Assembly: GCA_951406725.2 (NCBI GenBank)
Contig: OX597822.1
Location: forward strand, 117,056,001 to 117,120,000
Direction of reading: 5' to 3'
DNA from: Octopus vulgaris
Lineage: Eukaryota
Length of the DNA stretch: 64,000 bases
The first letter of the stretch is position 1; each line of letters begins with the position of its first letter. The position numbers and the translations under genes are program-made. Under the pieces are notes generated by a model. The model ran no database searches. It saw nothing but the letters and a program-made list of their open reading frames with translations, and was not told where the DNA came from. This document shows positions 52,706-64,000 of this stretch, in pieces.

Positions 52706-52738
52706 TTTAACGTTTCGAGCGGAGCTCTTCGTCAGAAA
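52706..52738 (-). ncRNA. Minimal hammerhead ribozyme motif in a short PLE-like element (~52625-52805)
   Basis: Minus strand ttt-CTGACGA-a-gagc(tcc)gctc-GAAA-cgt-TA-aa. Stem III is reduced to the palindrome ACGT. Confidence 0.65.
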
Positions 52739-54886
52739 CATAGGAAATGGAGAGATCCAAAGAAGGGAAGACGGAGGAAAAAATCGCCAACGGTACACAC
52801 GCGGTATATATATATGAATTTAATGTTAGCCTTTCAGTAAAATCTAAAGCCTTTTTGATCAATGAGCGATGTAACCACAATATACATTAAATTAGTAATA
52901 AAAAAGGGTTATGACAAATCACTAGGGACTTCATTTGATTTTATTTACATTTGCTTTCCAGGAGTATAATCTGCGATCCCTTCAGATTAGGTTATTTTGC
53001 GCTTTGCAATTCCTTGCAGTCAATAATACGAACTCACGGCACCAACTTCCCCCTAAAATGAACAGCAATTTTAATGTGATTTAAACATGTCAACAATGAT
53101 AATAATTTCAAACTCCGGTTCTTCTTTTCTTTCCGCTCGAAATTCTTCGATGTTCGCCATTTCAACCCTTTTCTTTAATCTCGGAAGAAAGAATGAAGGA
53201 GGGGTTCGGAATGTCAAGCTCGTATACTTACAGGACATTTAATATGTCCTGCATTTAAATATATTTATTACAGATACGTTAATATATCCAAGACGGGATA
53301 TAGTAAGGTCTCTTCGAAATTTACCCAAGTGTTTCGTAATCCAAATCGAAAATAATGGGAGAAAATTTGGCTCCATCGCAGAATATCCGAGCAAAATGAG
53401 TTCACGAAAAGTGTATTCAAGAAAGTATTGTAAATATTCATTCAGTATCTATGATAAAATTAATGTAATAAAAACTATTAGCATTGTAAACATTCACACC
53501 ATGTTTTCAATAGAGATGATGGCAAGGTTCCTAGACGAAAGCATGTTGAATATTGTCATCCTTAAAAATAAAAGCTTTTAAATTTTGGCGGATCTTAAGA
53601 AACGTCAGAGAGAAAGAAGTGCTTCCTTTCAAGTCGGATTTACGTCGTTTATTGCTTTTTAGATAAACGTTGTGGTTTCTCTATTGAAACCATGCCTAGA
53701 ATTTCAGGTAGATTATGATAATTATCAATGATGATAATGTCAGTGGATTTGGTATCGGATCGTAATGTCAATAGGAAGAACCGTGTCGTTACGTATGTGG
53801 CGAGCTGACAGTTGTTATGGATACTTTGAAACACTACTATTGATCTGGGAAGGATTAGGAGGGATTAGGCTGTGTCGGTGCTTATGGAAGGAAGGAAGAA
53901 TGGTTCGGAACGACGGAGCTGAAACCTCAACTTGACGCCTCTGCACAAGATTTGTGAGAAGATTTGCAAGAAGGAAGTGAGTTCGCATCGGCGAAAGCAA
54001 TGGAATGTTGTCGGATGAGGAATCGTTCCTCGGTGAAACAAATTCATTAAATAACGAAAGTATTATTTCCCTTTAGTCATTTACTGGTGTTTTTGTTAAT
54101 TTTTAAATCATTAGAAAAACAATGTTCACTTTCTGTCCGTCCCAATTTTACTGAAAATAGTTCTTCTGGATTTCTTACGATTTCCCTAAGAAAGGTTTCT
54201 CAGTTTTAAAGAAAAAAATATACAAAAGCGAAATGGAATTTCAGTTTTTCAGAAAGCAAAATCGTTCGTTATTAATGTTTTTATACTTTCGCTGGGCTTC
54301 TCTGGGAAAATGTTTAATTTAAGCTCGATTCGAACCCGATTTCGGAATTCTTTCTTTCTAATCGGGATTTTTGAGAGAGAAAGAAAACATCAAAATCTGA
54401 CAAATGACAAGAACTGAGAACATTAAAAGAGAAATCGAACTTTGAAATATCGAAGCGATCAAGAGAAACGATTGTATATTGGTTCCGGAGCAAGGAAAAG
54501 CCCGAAGAGAATCTCCTGCAACAATTAACGGTGACATACGACATAAATAATGGACAAGTCAATATTTACGTTGTTTCCTCCCAAAACACTAATTAAACAT
54601 TAATTGTAAACATTATAGGGACGACTAACACAGGTAGGGACCTGTCCAGACACACTGCCGCCTCATAAGCTACGTTTAAAGGAGTCTTTGCCTATTTTTT
54701 CGCCCCAAAAATGAATGAATGCGGAAGATTCTTGAAACGCTTATTTTGGCGGCTTTTAAAAAAATTCGACCTGGCAATTGTCAAAGTCAGATTTTGGCGA
54801 AGGAACACAAGGAAAAACTCCACTCATTCACTCATCAGATCGCTTATGTTCAGTACGAGAGATCAGGTAATATTGTTACAACTCAC

Positions 54887-55080
54887 CTCAATAAATATTT
54901 TAGGCCCAAATATTTATTAGAGCAATTTTTGTAAACACTTGTCCGTCTCTACCGCCATAGAGATCACGTGGTTAACGGTGTAATCTGAAAGAAGTCTTCT
55001 ATAAATAAAATGCACCGGAAATTTTAAATGCCATAAGGGGGATAACTACGTTTTATGTCCGCACCATTTCCGGTTTAGTT
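54887..55080 (-). promoter_or_regulatory. Candidate SMC6 promoter and non-coding first exon
   Basis: AG|GTGAGT donor at 54886 (minus). YY1-like CCGCCAT at 54952-54958, E-box CACGTG at 54965-54970, inverted pair of ETS-like ACCGGAAAT at 55014 and 55066. Lies in a CpG-rich, repeat-free block (~52850-55150). The first coding exon starts at an acceptor, so an upstream exon is required. Confidence 0.5.
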
Positions 55081-56070
55081 GCCCAAATAAGAAAGTTAAA
55101 AATATTAAACTCCACACAATTATTTTATATTTACGTTTGCCGTTTCTAATATTCAGAATATGCATAAATTTCTTTCTCTTTGGGGGCAAAAACAAACAAA
55201 CAGCTAATATGAAATTATGTCTTTAGGTCCCAACTAAATCCCCCAGGTACAGCATTTTCAAATGACCTTGAACGAATTGCAGGTAATGAGTTCAATGAGT
55301 GCATATTGATTTTCAGTTTAGGATAGATTTTACTAAACAACATTCAGCATCCTGATAATGCATAGCTTTGAAAGTGCCCCCCCCCCCCCCGCCCATCATC
55401 TCTGCCTGACTTTTCAGGAGAAAGCCCTACTGGTTCGAGTTTCTCTGATTCCACTCAACCATCTGAAATTGGAGCATAAAACAAGCACTCAGGAGTATAA
55501 TGAGGGCCGCTTGAGCCTACCAAAAAAGTATCAAGAAAAAATAAATTTCTTTCCTTCTGTCACATTCTTTTATTTTTTTATTTGCTGCAGTCATTGGATA
55601 ACAGCCATGCTGGAGCACTGCCTTGAATGATTTAGTTGAACAAATCAACTCAGTACTTTTTTTTTTCATGTTTGTACTTATTCTATCAGTCTCTTATTCG
55701 GAACCTCTAAGTTACACGGATGTAAACAAACCAAGGTTGTGGGGGTTGGGGGGATAAAAACAACATACATACACACATAACAGGCTTCCATACAGTTTCC
55801 ATCTGCGAAATTTACTCACAGGGCATTGATTAACCTGGGGCTATAGTAGGAGACACTTGCCCCAGGTTCCACACAGTTGAACTGAACCAAAACCCAATAG
55901 TTGCAAAGTGAGCTTTGTACCTGTCCAGCCATGCCCACATACCTGTAATTTTATAGATTTTCCTTGTTCATACTTCATTTTAAAATCTATGCCAGCTTAC
56001 CATAATCATTTCCTGCCCTTACCATACATATATAGAACAAATTCCATCAGTTTGTTTTATATTTTGGAAT

Positions 56071-56139
56071 GTATTCACTGAGGAAGGTCTTACGTAAAGG
56101 ATGTATCACACTATGATCTGAAACTTACGTATTAAATGC
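56071..56139 (+). ncRNA. Degenerate hammerhead ribozyme motif
   Basis: ttca-CTGAGGA-aggtc...gatct-GAAA-c(ttac)g-TA. Stem I is imperfect. Confidence 0.5.
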
Positions 56140-57272
56140 TTTCAGAATATTATTCTTTGGTGTGGCTTCATTATTATAACTTCATCATCATCGTCTTGTC
56201 GAGCTTGGTGCAGTGATGAAAACTCTCATCCATTGGGTTCCCAGTGTGCGGGTAGAGGAATGGTCGATAAATATAAAGGTTAACTGCATATACACAATAA
56301 ACAGTCGCAGACAAAACCACATGTTGCCATTTGGCAAGGCATAGCACCTGTTAGCCATCCTGCCAGGGTCATAGTGAAATCTTGAAGCCCTGAAAAGAGT
56401 AGAAATGCCACTATCACTGGAAAGAAGGATGGTAGTAAAGGATGAAGTGCAAAGCATGAAAAAATTCTTTGTTTTTAGATTTCTTCCCACTTTGCAGAAG
56501 AAATTGTACTTTCATGAATCTTAATCTGGGAAACCCATCAGTTTGACTGAATCTGTAGTGGTTTATAGGACCTGCAACCATAGACAAGAAATTAGCAATT
56601 GAAAGACATTATCTCACACACACACATACATACATCTCTCTCTCTCTCTCTCTCTCTCTCCCTCTCTCTCACACACACACACATGCACATATTTATTTGC
56701 TGGGTCTGGGGGGAGGAGTAGTGCCCATGATCCCCACACTCTCTCCAAGATCAGTGAGATTTATGCCATAAATGTTCCTCTTAAACTTTTATCAGTTAAC
56801 ATCTGGGGAAGACACATGAGCAAGGAAGAAAAGGGTAAAGATGAAGCAAGGAGAAACAGAGGTAAAGATTAGTTCAGAACCTGGAGTGAGTGGGTTGTTC
56901 ATTAGGGAAATAATATTCCTTTAAACTCCTTCGATCTACAGGTTCTTGAACCAACATTGACACAAAATATATATAAAAAAGAGATATCCCTGATAAATGT
57001 TTATAGGGGAAGGCTTGACCAGGAGGCAAGAAGCTTATTTCTGAACCACATGGTTCCAGGTTCAGTCTCACTACATGGCACCTTGAGCAAAAGTCTTCCA
57101 CTCCAGCCAAGTCAATGAGTGGATTTGAGAGACAGAAATTGAAAGAAGCCCATGTGTGTATATATATGTGCAATGGTTAAAATTATTTTTTATAATCAAT
57201 ACCTGTTATGGTGCAACATCGGGATCGCCAGTTTGTAATGGTTGGTTCTTGGGAAGGCTGCAATTCTCTTGT

Positions 57273-57290
57273 TCGGGGTCACCAATTGTA
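57273..57290 (-). other. LTR 3' end plus primer-binding site complementary to tRNA-Trp
   Basis: Minus strand ...attaCA-at-TGGTGACCCCGA, which is complementary to the 3' end (UCGGGGUCACCA) of metazoan tRNA-Trp. Confidence 0.6.
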
Positions 57291-59399
57291 ATGGGAGATA
57301 TTAATTAGTAAACAATAATATGAAATGTCGGAGTCAACAGTTGTAACGATAAAATTTGTTGTTATAACGACATGTGGTAGGATGTGAAAGATGGACAATG
57401 CATGAAGTTTTAAGAAAGTATTTATTTACCGTTACATTGAAAAATACCTTTACCTCGACGGGCAGGTTATAATATCTGAGAGCATGCGAAAGAAAGTTTA
57501 GATGTGATAGAATTTTTCTTTGCCTAGTTTTGTGTACATGAATTGTTAGTACTAATCCACAGATAGCGATAGAATGAGGTTGTAAGAGGACAGAATTAGA
57601 GCTTGAGAAAATTGTAGGGTTGTGGGAGATTGTCTCACAGTTGATAACAGTAAATTTTATTTCTCTCGCTGACCGTTATCTTTAGTAGCTGCCTTCCTTT
57701 TGGTCATGATTCTAGTAGTCCATTCCCTAATTGAGTTGTCATGAGCCACCTCATTCAGTTGTCACCAAGTAACTACTTGGTTTTTTCTAGGGGGTTCTTG
57801 CTTTTATAACTATCCAGAAGGATAGACATATTGTTGAGGACAATAGGCTTCGTTGGTGGTACTGTGATATCTCTATTCTAGCTTTTGGTGAAGTAGAAGA
57901 GGTTATAAGGGTCAAGTGGTGAAGACATTATTTCAGCCTAGCTAAAAGCAATCTGGCAAATTCAAAACTGTTGTCAGAGAAAAACCATTGTTCCACCGTG
58001 AGAAAAGTTCTGTTGAACTGTTAATTTAAATTTGGCTATGATGGATCACTACATCACTCTCCTCACCAGTGAGGTTCTGGGAAAGGAAACAAACGATTAA
58101 AGGAGAGAAAGAAATGTATGGTTGAGGAGAAATTTTGTATATCAAGAGAGAGAGGATCATTGAAAAGTATAGGGGACAGTTTTCTAATCGGGTTAGTTTG
58201 AATAGCGGTGACACTTTGCATGACAAAATGTGTGTAGTCAGTGACTGGGCAGTAGAACAAATGTGCACCTGTGTGCGCGTGAGGGCGTATACAGGAGTGC
58301 AGGTGCACATTTCAAAATTGACTGTAAAATAAGCTCAGGTGAGTGAGTGTATTCTCAATCCATGATGTGAAAGATCTTCCTGCAGGGTTGCAATGTGTGA
58401 AATGCCTGGAATGTTTCTACAAAGTGAAATGTGTTTGGTGCTGTTGTCGTGGTTAATTCCTAAGTTAGCAAGGATGACAGTGTAAGCATGCTGGAGTGAT
58501 GTGCAAGACAAATAATTTTCAGGAGTTTGGTTACGATATTAACAGAGAAATTATGTCTAAACATGAGCGCAAAGCATGTGAACATCCGACGTGAATCGAG
58601 TCAGGAGAAGAATTGAGCTGACACAGACGTGTTGCAAAACAAGGCAGTAGATGCATAATAGAGGTGCATGTGCATGTGTGCAATAGGACTTGCAAGGCTG
58701 AAGCAGTAATGCTAGTGCAGTGATTCAGATACAGTGTATAGTGTTGAATATGGCAGCTGGTGCATGAGGTATTATATGCCTCGATCATGCAGGAACAAAA
58801 GTGTGGCATGCTTGCGCGTTGTAAGGGACAAACAACTTTCTCTATGTATGCGTGACTGACCTAGGGTCTTACAGAGATGAGTTGTGTCTACAAGGGCATA
58901 TTGAGCATGAAAAACAATCAAGAAAGGCATGTGTGGTGCATGAATGTAACAGAGTTAGCATGTGTGTGTGTATGAACCATGTGTGCAGATGCATGTGCAA
59001 GGCCAGGCGCTGAGGAAAGGTGCATGCATGTGCATATGCATTTTCAAAGTGAACAAGAAAAATATATATACATGCAAAATGCAACGTGCAACAATGCGAC
59101 TGAAAGAAAGTGGAAGTGCAAAATATGAATAAAATTGTGAAGGCATGCAAACAAAAATTCAGGTGATGAATAAAATGTTCAGGTGATTTGAGTCTGAAAG
59201 AATGTAAGCAGAATCAATTTTAATTTAAAATGAGAAACAGAAAATTGAATTAATGTAATGTGTTACAGGTATGGTCCTTGTGAAGTTCAGTGGAAAGAAA
59301 AATATAAATAAATAAGATGTGTAGCTGTTCATATAGAAATTAAAGCATTGGTACCTGTAAATCACTCACCTGGAATCTTTTTGAAATAGAAAACTTGTA

Positions 59400-61790
59400 T
59401 GTATTTCGCCGGCCAGCGGACTCTTCATCCATTTCTTGTTCAAGTTTGCTGTGAAGATGTTGAGATACATGCAGGAGGTGTTGACGAGACCGTGTCTGTT
59501 TGGTGTGGAGTCAACGATGATGAGGAGGAATCGGGTCCGACGATAGATTTCTTAAGTTAATCGATACTAATAGTATTTGGCTTGCCATTCATGTTGATGA
59601 CGAAGTATTTCTCCCTTCTCTGTAGCACTCTGTAGGGTCCAGAATACGGTGGACAGATTTGTGATGGTATTCCATCATTCTGGATAAAAACGTACATCCA
59701 TTGGTTAATGTCCAAGGGAATATATGTGTCAGTTTTCTGCAAATTGAGTGCGTTAGGTGAGAGATGGGACATATGTGCGTGGAGACGGTGTATATAAAAT
59801 GCGGGACCAGGAATATCCCTTGGAGGAACTGGAGTGATCATTTGCCCAGGCAGGGCCAGTGGGGTGCTGTAAACTAACTCAGCTGGTGAGTGACCCATGT
59901 CGTCCTTAGCAAATATACGGATACCGAGCAGAATAAGAGGAAAGAATTCCATCCAGTTGGTTATGTCTGGACATGCACGTATGGCTGATTTCAGTTGCCT
60001 GTGGAATCTCTCTATCATGCCGTTTGCCACTGGATGATACGCTGTTGTGCGGCAGTGTTTGGAACCGATCAGGCATGTGAGTTCATTGAAAAGATGCGAA
60101 TCGAATTGCCGTCCTCTGTTTGTTGTGGTGGTTGCGGGGACACCAAAACGTGATACCCAGTTTGATATCAGCACTTTAGCAACGGTTTCTGCTGAAGTGT
60201 CAGACAGAGGGAAAACCTCAGGCCATTGAGAAAAGCAGTCGATGCAGGTCAACAGATGCGTATAGTTGTGAGACAGTGGTAGAGGTCTGACTATATCTAT
60301 GTGGATGTGTTGAAAACATGCATCCAGTGTTGTGAAAGTTCCGAGAAGCGATTTTACATGTTGTATTTTCACCTTTTGGCAGGCAGCACAACTCTTAACC
60401 CAAGCACGGATGTCCTTGTTAATGTTCGTCCACACAAAACGAGTTGTTATCATCTTCTGTGTGGAACGAATGCCGGGGTGTGATAGACAGTGAAGGGCAG
60501 TGAAAATATGTCGTCGGTGTTGTTTGGGGATGCAAGGGCGTTCGTGGCCAGTGGAAGTATTGCACCATATGTGACGGGTAGAAAATAATGGGACCAGTTG
60601 GAACTTGAGGGACGACGAATTCCGCAACCTATTAAGCTCTTTGTCGTATTTGCTGGTCTGCCACGATCAGCTGAAGATCGATAGTCACCGGGGCATGCAG
60701 AGGGTTAAGATGGACACATGAAAGCACGTCTACTGCTGTGTTGTCGGAGCCTTTGATATGCTGAATATCTGTGGAATATTGGGCGATGAAGTCGAGGTGA
60801 CGGACTTTTCTGGGAGAATGGCAGCCAGGTTTCTTCCTGAATGCATATACTAGCGGTTTATTGTCTGTGTAGATGCTGAAAATGGATCCTTCTTACATAT
60901 GGCGGAAGTGTTTTATGGACAGGTACGCAGCCAGTAGCTCATGTCCAAAAGTACTATATTTCATCTCTGCAGGTTGAAGTCACTTGGAGAAATATGACAA
61001 TGGTTGCCAAATGCCATCAACAAACTGCTGAAGGACACCACCGACTCTGGACACGGACGAGTCAACAAGCAAACTGAGTGGAGCACCAGGTTTGGGGTAG
61101 ATTAGCATCGTGGCCTTAGCTAGAATATGCTTTAGTTTATTGAAAGAGGCCAGCTCTTCGTCGCCTAAGGTTATAGCCTGTCTCTTCTCTGTTTTGTTGC
61201 GCAGGACATCTGTAAGTGGTTGAGCTACTTTGGTGCAATGTGGTAGGAAACGCTGATAGAAGTTAATTAATCCTAAATATTCGTGGAGCTTCTGAAGGGA
61301 CATAGGAATAGGGAAATCGATTATCGCCTCTACCTATTTGGGTAGGGACCAGATTCCATCCTTGTCAACAATATGGCCGAGGAATGGCATAGACGAGACA
61401 CCAAAAATACATTTACTGGTGTTGATTACGATGCCATAGTCAGCTAACCGCAGGAATTGTTGATCTAAATGCTTTTCGTGTTTGGCTTTGCATTTGCTTG
61501 CTATCAGTATATCGTTGATGTACGTGTACACAAACAGTAAGCCCCTAGTAACGGTATCCATAAAGCGTTGGAATGTCTGCACTGCGTTACAGAGACTGAA
61601 GGGCATCCGCAAAAACTCGAATAGCCCGAAGGGTGTGGCAATTGCCGTTTTTGGAACATCGACGGGTTCGATGGGTATCTGGTTGTAGGCCTCTACAAGG
61701 TCGATTTTAGAAAAAAATCTGTGTTCCATTCAGTGAACCAGAAAAATCCTGGAAGCATGGTATGGGATAGGCATCAGTCACTGTAGCTTT
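59400..61790 (-). mobile_element. Decayed Ty3/Gypsy pol (RT, RNase H, integrase)
   Basis: [36 protein letters not shown] (YxDD mutated), LLVDSS, HHCC zinc finger, HIDIV...TTAYHPVANGMIERFHRQLK and GPY motif. Multiple stops and frameshifts. Confidence 0.95.
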
Positions 61791-61871
61791 GTTGAGCTGT
61801 ACAGCTTTTAATAAAATGTTGTAGTATGAAACAATTGTACTAAATTACCGGATTCATTCTTGTTGCTATTT

Positions 61872-61906
<35 letters not shown>

Positions 61907-61911
<5 letters not shown>

Positions 61912-62235
61912 AAAGTTAAGATCCCCTTCAATCATGAATGACCATGGGATTGCTCCTAAAAGCTCTTCTCCGTGGTGCAAGTCCGGGCAAGGTTATTTAT
62001 GGAAAAGCAAGAGTCGCCCATGCATACCAGCCTCCCCTCTCTGTGCCAATGATGTTATCCAAGGGAATGGCCAAGGCCAATACAGCTTGGCACCATGACA
62101 TCTCTACTCATTTCTACAGCTGAGCAAACTGGAACAACGTGAAATGAAGTGTCTTTGCACAGCCAGGTCCAGGAATCAAACTCACAACCACAAGATTATG
62201 AGCCCAAAACTCTACCCTCTGAGCCATGTGCCTTC
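61907..62235 (-). mobile_element. tRNA-derived SINE (head 2 + tail Z)
   Basis: Head and gcaaagacacttcatttcacgttg block resemble 35558-35700. The 3' part is unrelated. Confidence 0.7.
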
Positions 62236-62251
62236 ACTATATATATATATT

Positions 62252-62293
<42 letters not shown>

Positions 62294-62307
62294 GAGTCAT
62301 ACCTATA

Positions 62308-62675
62308 CAAGTGTGCCCCACTAACTTCGTTTCCTCCTAACTTTATCTTTTTAATGAAATTTTCAACAAATACCAATCAGATGGTGAAGATAACGAATTT
62401 CAATATAATGACAATCAACACCACCTGAAAAGCATTTGCATAAAATTTCATTAGAAAATACAAATTTTTCAAAAAGTTCTGAAGCAACAAATTCAACACC
62501 TGTGAATCATCCGAAACTCTTCTTCCCACTTCCACACGCAGAAAAAAAAACCCTTTATGACAAATTCCTCTTCAACTGCAATCTAAATCATCTGAAATAT
62601 ATTTCTAGAAAATTTCCTTTAAAAATATCCTACTTTCTGAAAGTTATAAGTAAACAAATCGGTGGGGCACAATTG
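62308..62675. mobile_element. MITE with ~25-bp imperfect TIRs (Tc1/mariner-like)
   Basis: caagtgtgccccactaacttcgttt versus aaacaaatcggtggggcacaattg. TA at the left flank, non-coding interior. Confidence 0.6.
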
Positions 62676-63057
62676 TGTAGGAACGCCTATATATATATGA
62701 ATATGTATATGTTCAATAGAGTTGGATCTGTGTGGATGAGTCACAGAGTTATACGTCAGACAATTTGTGGTCAAATTTAAAAACCAGAGGAATCTTGTCA
62801 TGCGGATAAATCAATAAGGGAGGTAACTTCTATATTTTTTAAAAGTGGTTATTTCCCTTGCTTCCAGTTTCTGAATTTAGAGTTAGCAATATTGGAATGT
62901 AAGAGGTAGACTGTATGTAAGAGAATGATTAAGGTAAAATTAAGGTAAAATTAAGGTAATAATTAAGGTAAAAAAGCTATCAGATAAAATTTAAGATTAC
63001 ATAAGCACGCGTGCACACAAACATATTTGTCGTCATTATCAACGAATCCTTTGGGTT

Positions 63058-63335
63058 AAAATCATCATCATCGTCATCATAATCATCGTCAGCCTTACCA
63101 ATAGCGACCCCGACGTCCACGATGCCAGACATGTTAGCAACATTATCAACAACAACAGCATAACTGGCAATGGCGATAGCACTACCATCGCCGCCAGCAC
63201 CCCCACCACTATCGCCAGCACCAGCAACCCCGACTCCAACAACACCAGCAGCCCTGACTCTATCAACCACCACAACAACAACAACAACAACACCGGCGGC
63301 AACGACGACAATAACAACAGCACCAACAAGGACTA
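63058..63335. repeat. Compound trinucleotide low-complexity tract (CAT/CAA/CAG/CAC); 11-bp TTAAGGTAAAA repeat at ~62929-62975
   Basis: Directly visible. It generates the spurious poly-V/poly-T ORFs. Confidence 0.8.
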
Positions 63336-63373
63336 CAGCACAGGCAACATGCATACTTTCCAAGTTGTTCATA

Positions 63374-63538
63374 GGCGCAGGAGTGGCTGTGTGGTAAGTA
63401 GCTTGCTTACCAACCACATGGTTCCGGGTTCAGTCCCACTGCGTGGAAACTTGGGCAGGTGTCTTCTACTATAGTCTCGGGCCGAATAAAGCCTTGTGAG
63501 TGGATTTGGTAGACGGAAACTGAAAAAAGCCTGTCGTA

Positions 63539-63588
<50 letters not shown>

Positions 63589-64000
63589 CTTTTACCCTTT
63601 TTACCCTTTTACTTGTTTCAGTCATTTGACTGCGGCCATGCTGGACAAACACAGACACACGAACACACACACATACATATATATACATACATATATGACC
63701 GTCCAACCCATGCTAGCATGGAAAGCGGACGCTAAACGACAATGATGATGATGATGATGATATATACAACGGGCTTCTTTCAGTTTCCGTCTACCAAATC
63801 CACTCACAAGGCTTTGGTCGGCCCGAGGCTATAGTAGAAGACACTTTCCCTAGGTGCTACGCAGTGGGACTGAACCCGGAACCATGTGGTTGGTAAGCAA
63901 GCTACTTACCACACAGCCACTCCTGCGCCTATATATATATATATGTATGTGTGTGTATATGTTTGTGTGTCTGTGTTTGTCTCCCCACACATCGCTGGTG
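63374..64000. mobile_element. Nested SINE A (+)/SINE A (-)/RTE tail cluster
   Basis: Plus head from 63374, minus tail ~63590-63670, RTE tail ~63697-63760, minus head to 63929, then the plus tail resumes. Confidence 0.75.

Noticed and set aside
53071-53160. Minus-strand ORF MANIEEFRAERKEEPEFE... as an alternative SMC6 start
   Set aside because: It stops after 29 codons with no convincing downstream donor, and the ATG sits in a YY1-like motif.
59557-60627. 356-aa ORF as a domesticated or active integrase gene
   Set aside because: It is part of a Gypsy pol broken by stops and frameshifts. The second catalytic Asp position reads N (TTNRGRQF) and the RT YxDD reads YIND.
62980-63417. 145-aa Val/Ala/Gly-rich ORF and mucin-like opposite-strand ORF
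   Set aside because: Derived from a compound trinucleotide microsatellite and running into a SINE head.

Overview
Repeat-rich eukaryotic genomic DNA, very probably from an octopus. This is inferred from the SINE, RTE-LINE and microsatellite repertoire. The only host gene I can support is SMC6 on the minus strand. Nine GT-AG coding exons (37033 down to 1656) splice in frame to about 383 aa covering the N-terminal ATPase head (Walker A GRNG|SGKS) and the start of the coiled coil, and the gene continues beyond the left edge. A candidate non-coding first exon and CpG-rich promoter lie near 54.9-55.1 kb. The rest is intronic or intergenic transposon debris: several tRNA-derived SINE families, many 5'-truncated RTE LINE copies (one ~2 kb copy has a PHD-like finger inside ORF2), CR1, RTE-BovB-like and R4/Dong LINE fragments, a Penelope-like GIY-YIG fragment, mariner and maT transposons, piggyBac-like and Tc1-like MITEs, non-autonomous Helitrons, a decayed Gypsy pol and a ~514-bp tandem array. 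The most unusual signal is a dispersed set of at least six hammerhead-ribozyme motifs. Several sit in foldback elements and two lie downstream of tRNA-like Pol III boxes, which suggests Penelope-derived, retrozyme-like non-autonomous elements inside SMC6 introns. Most ORFs in the supplied track are spurious read-throughs of repeats.
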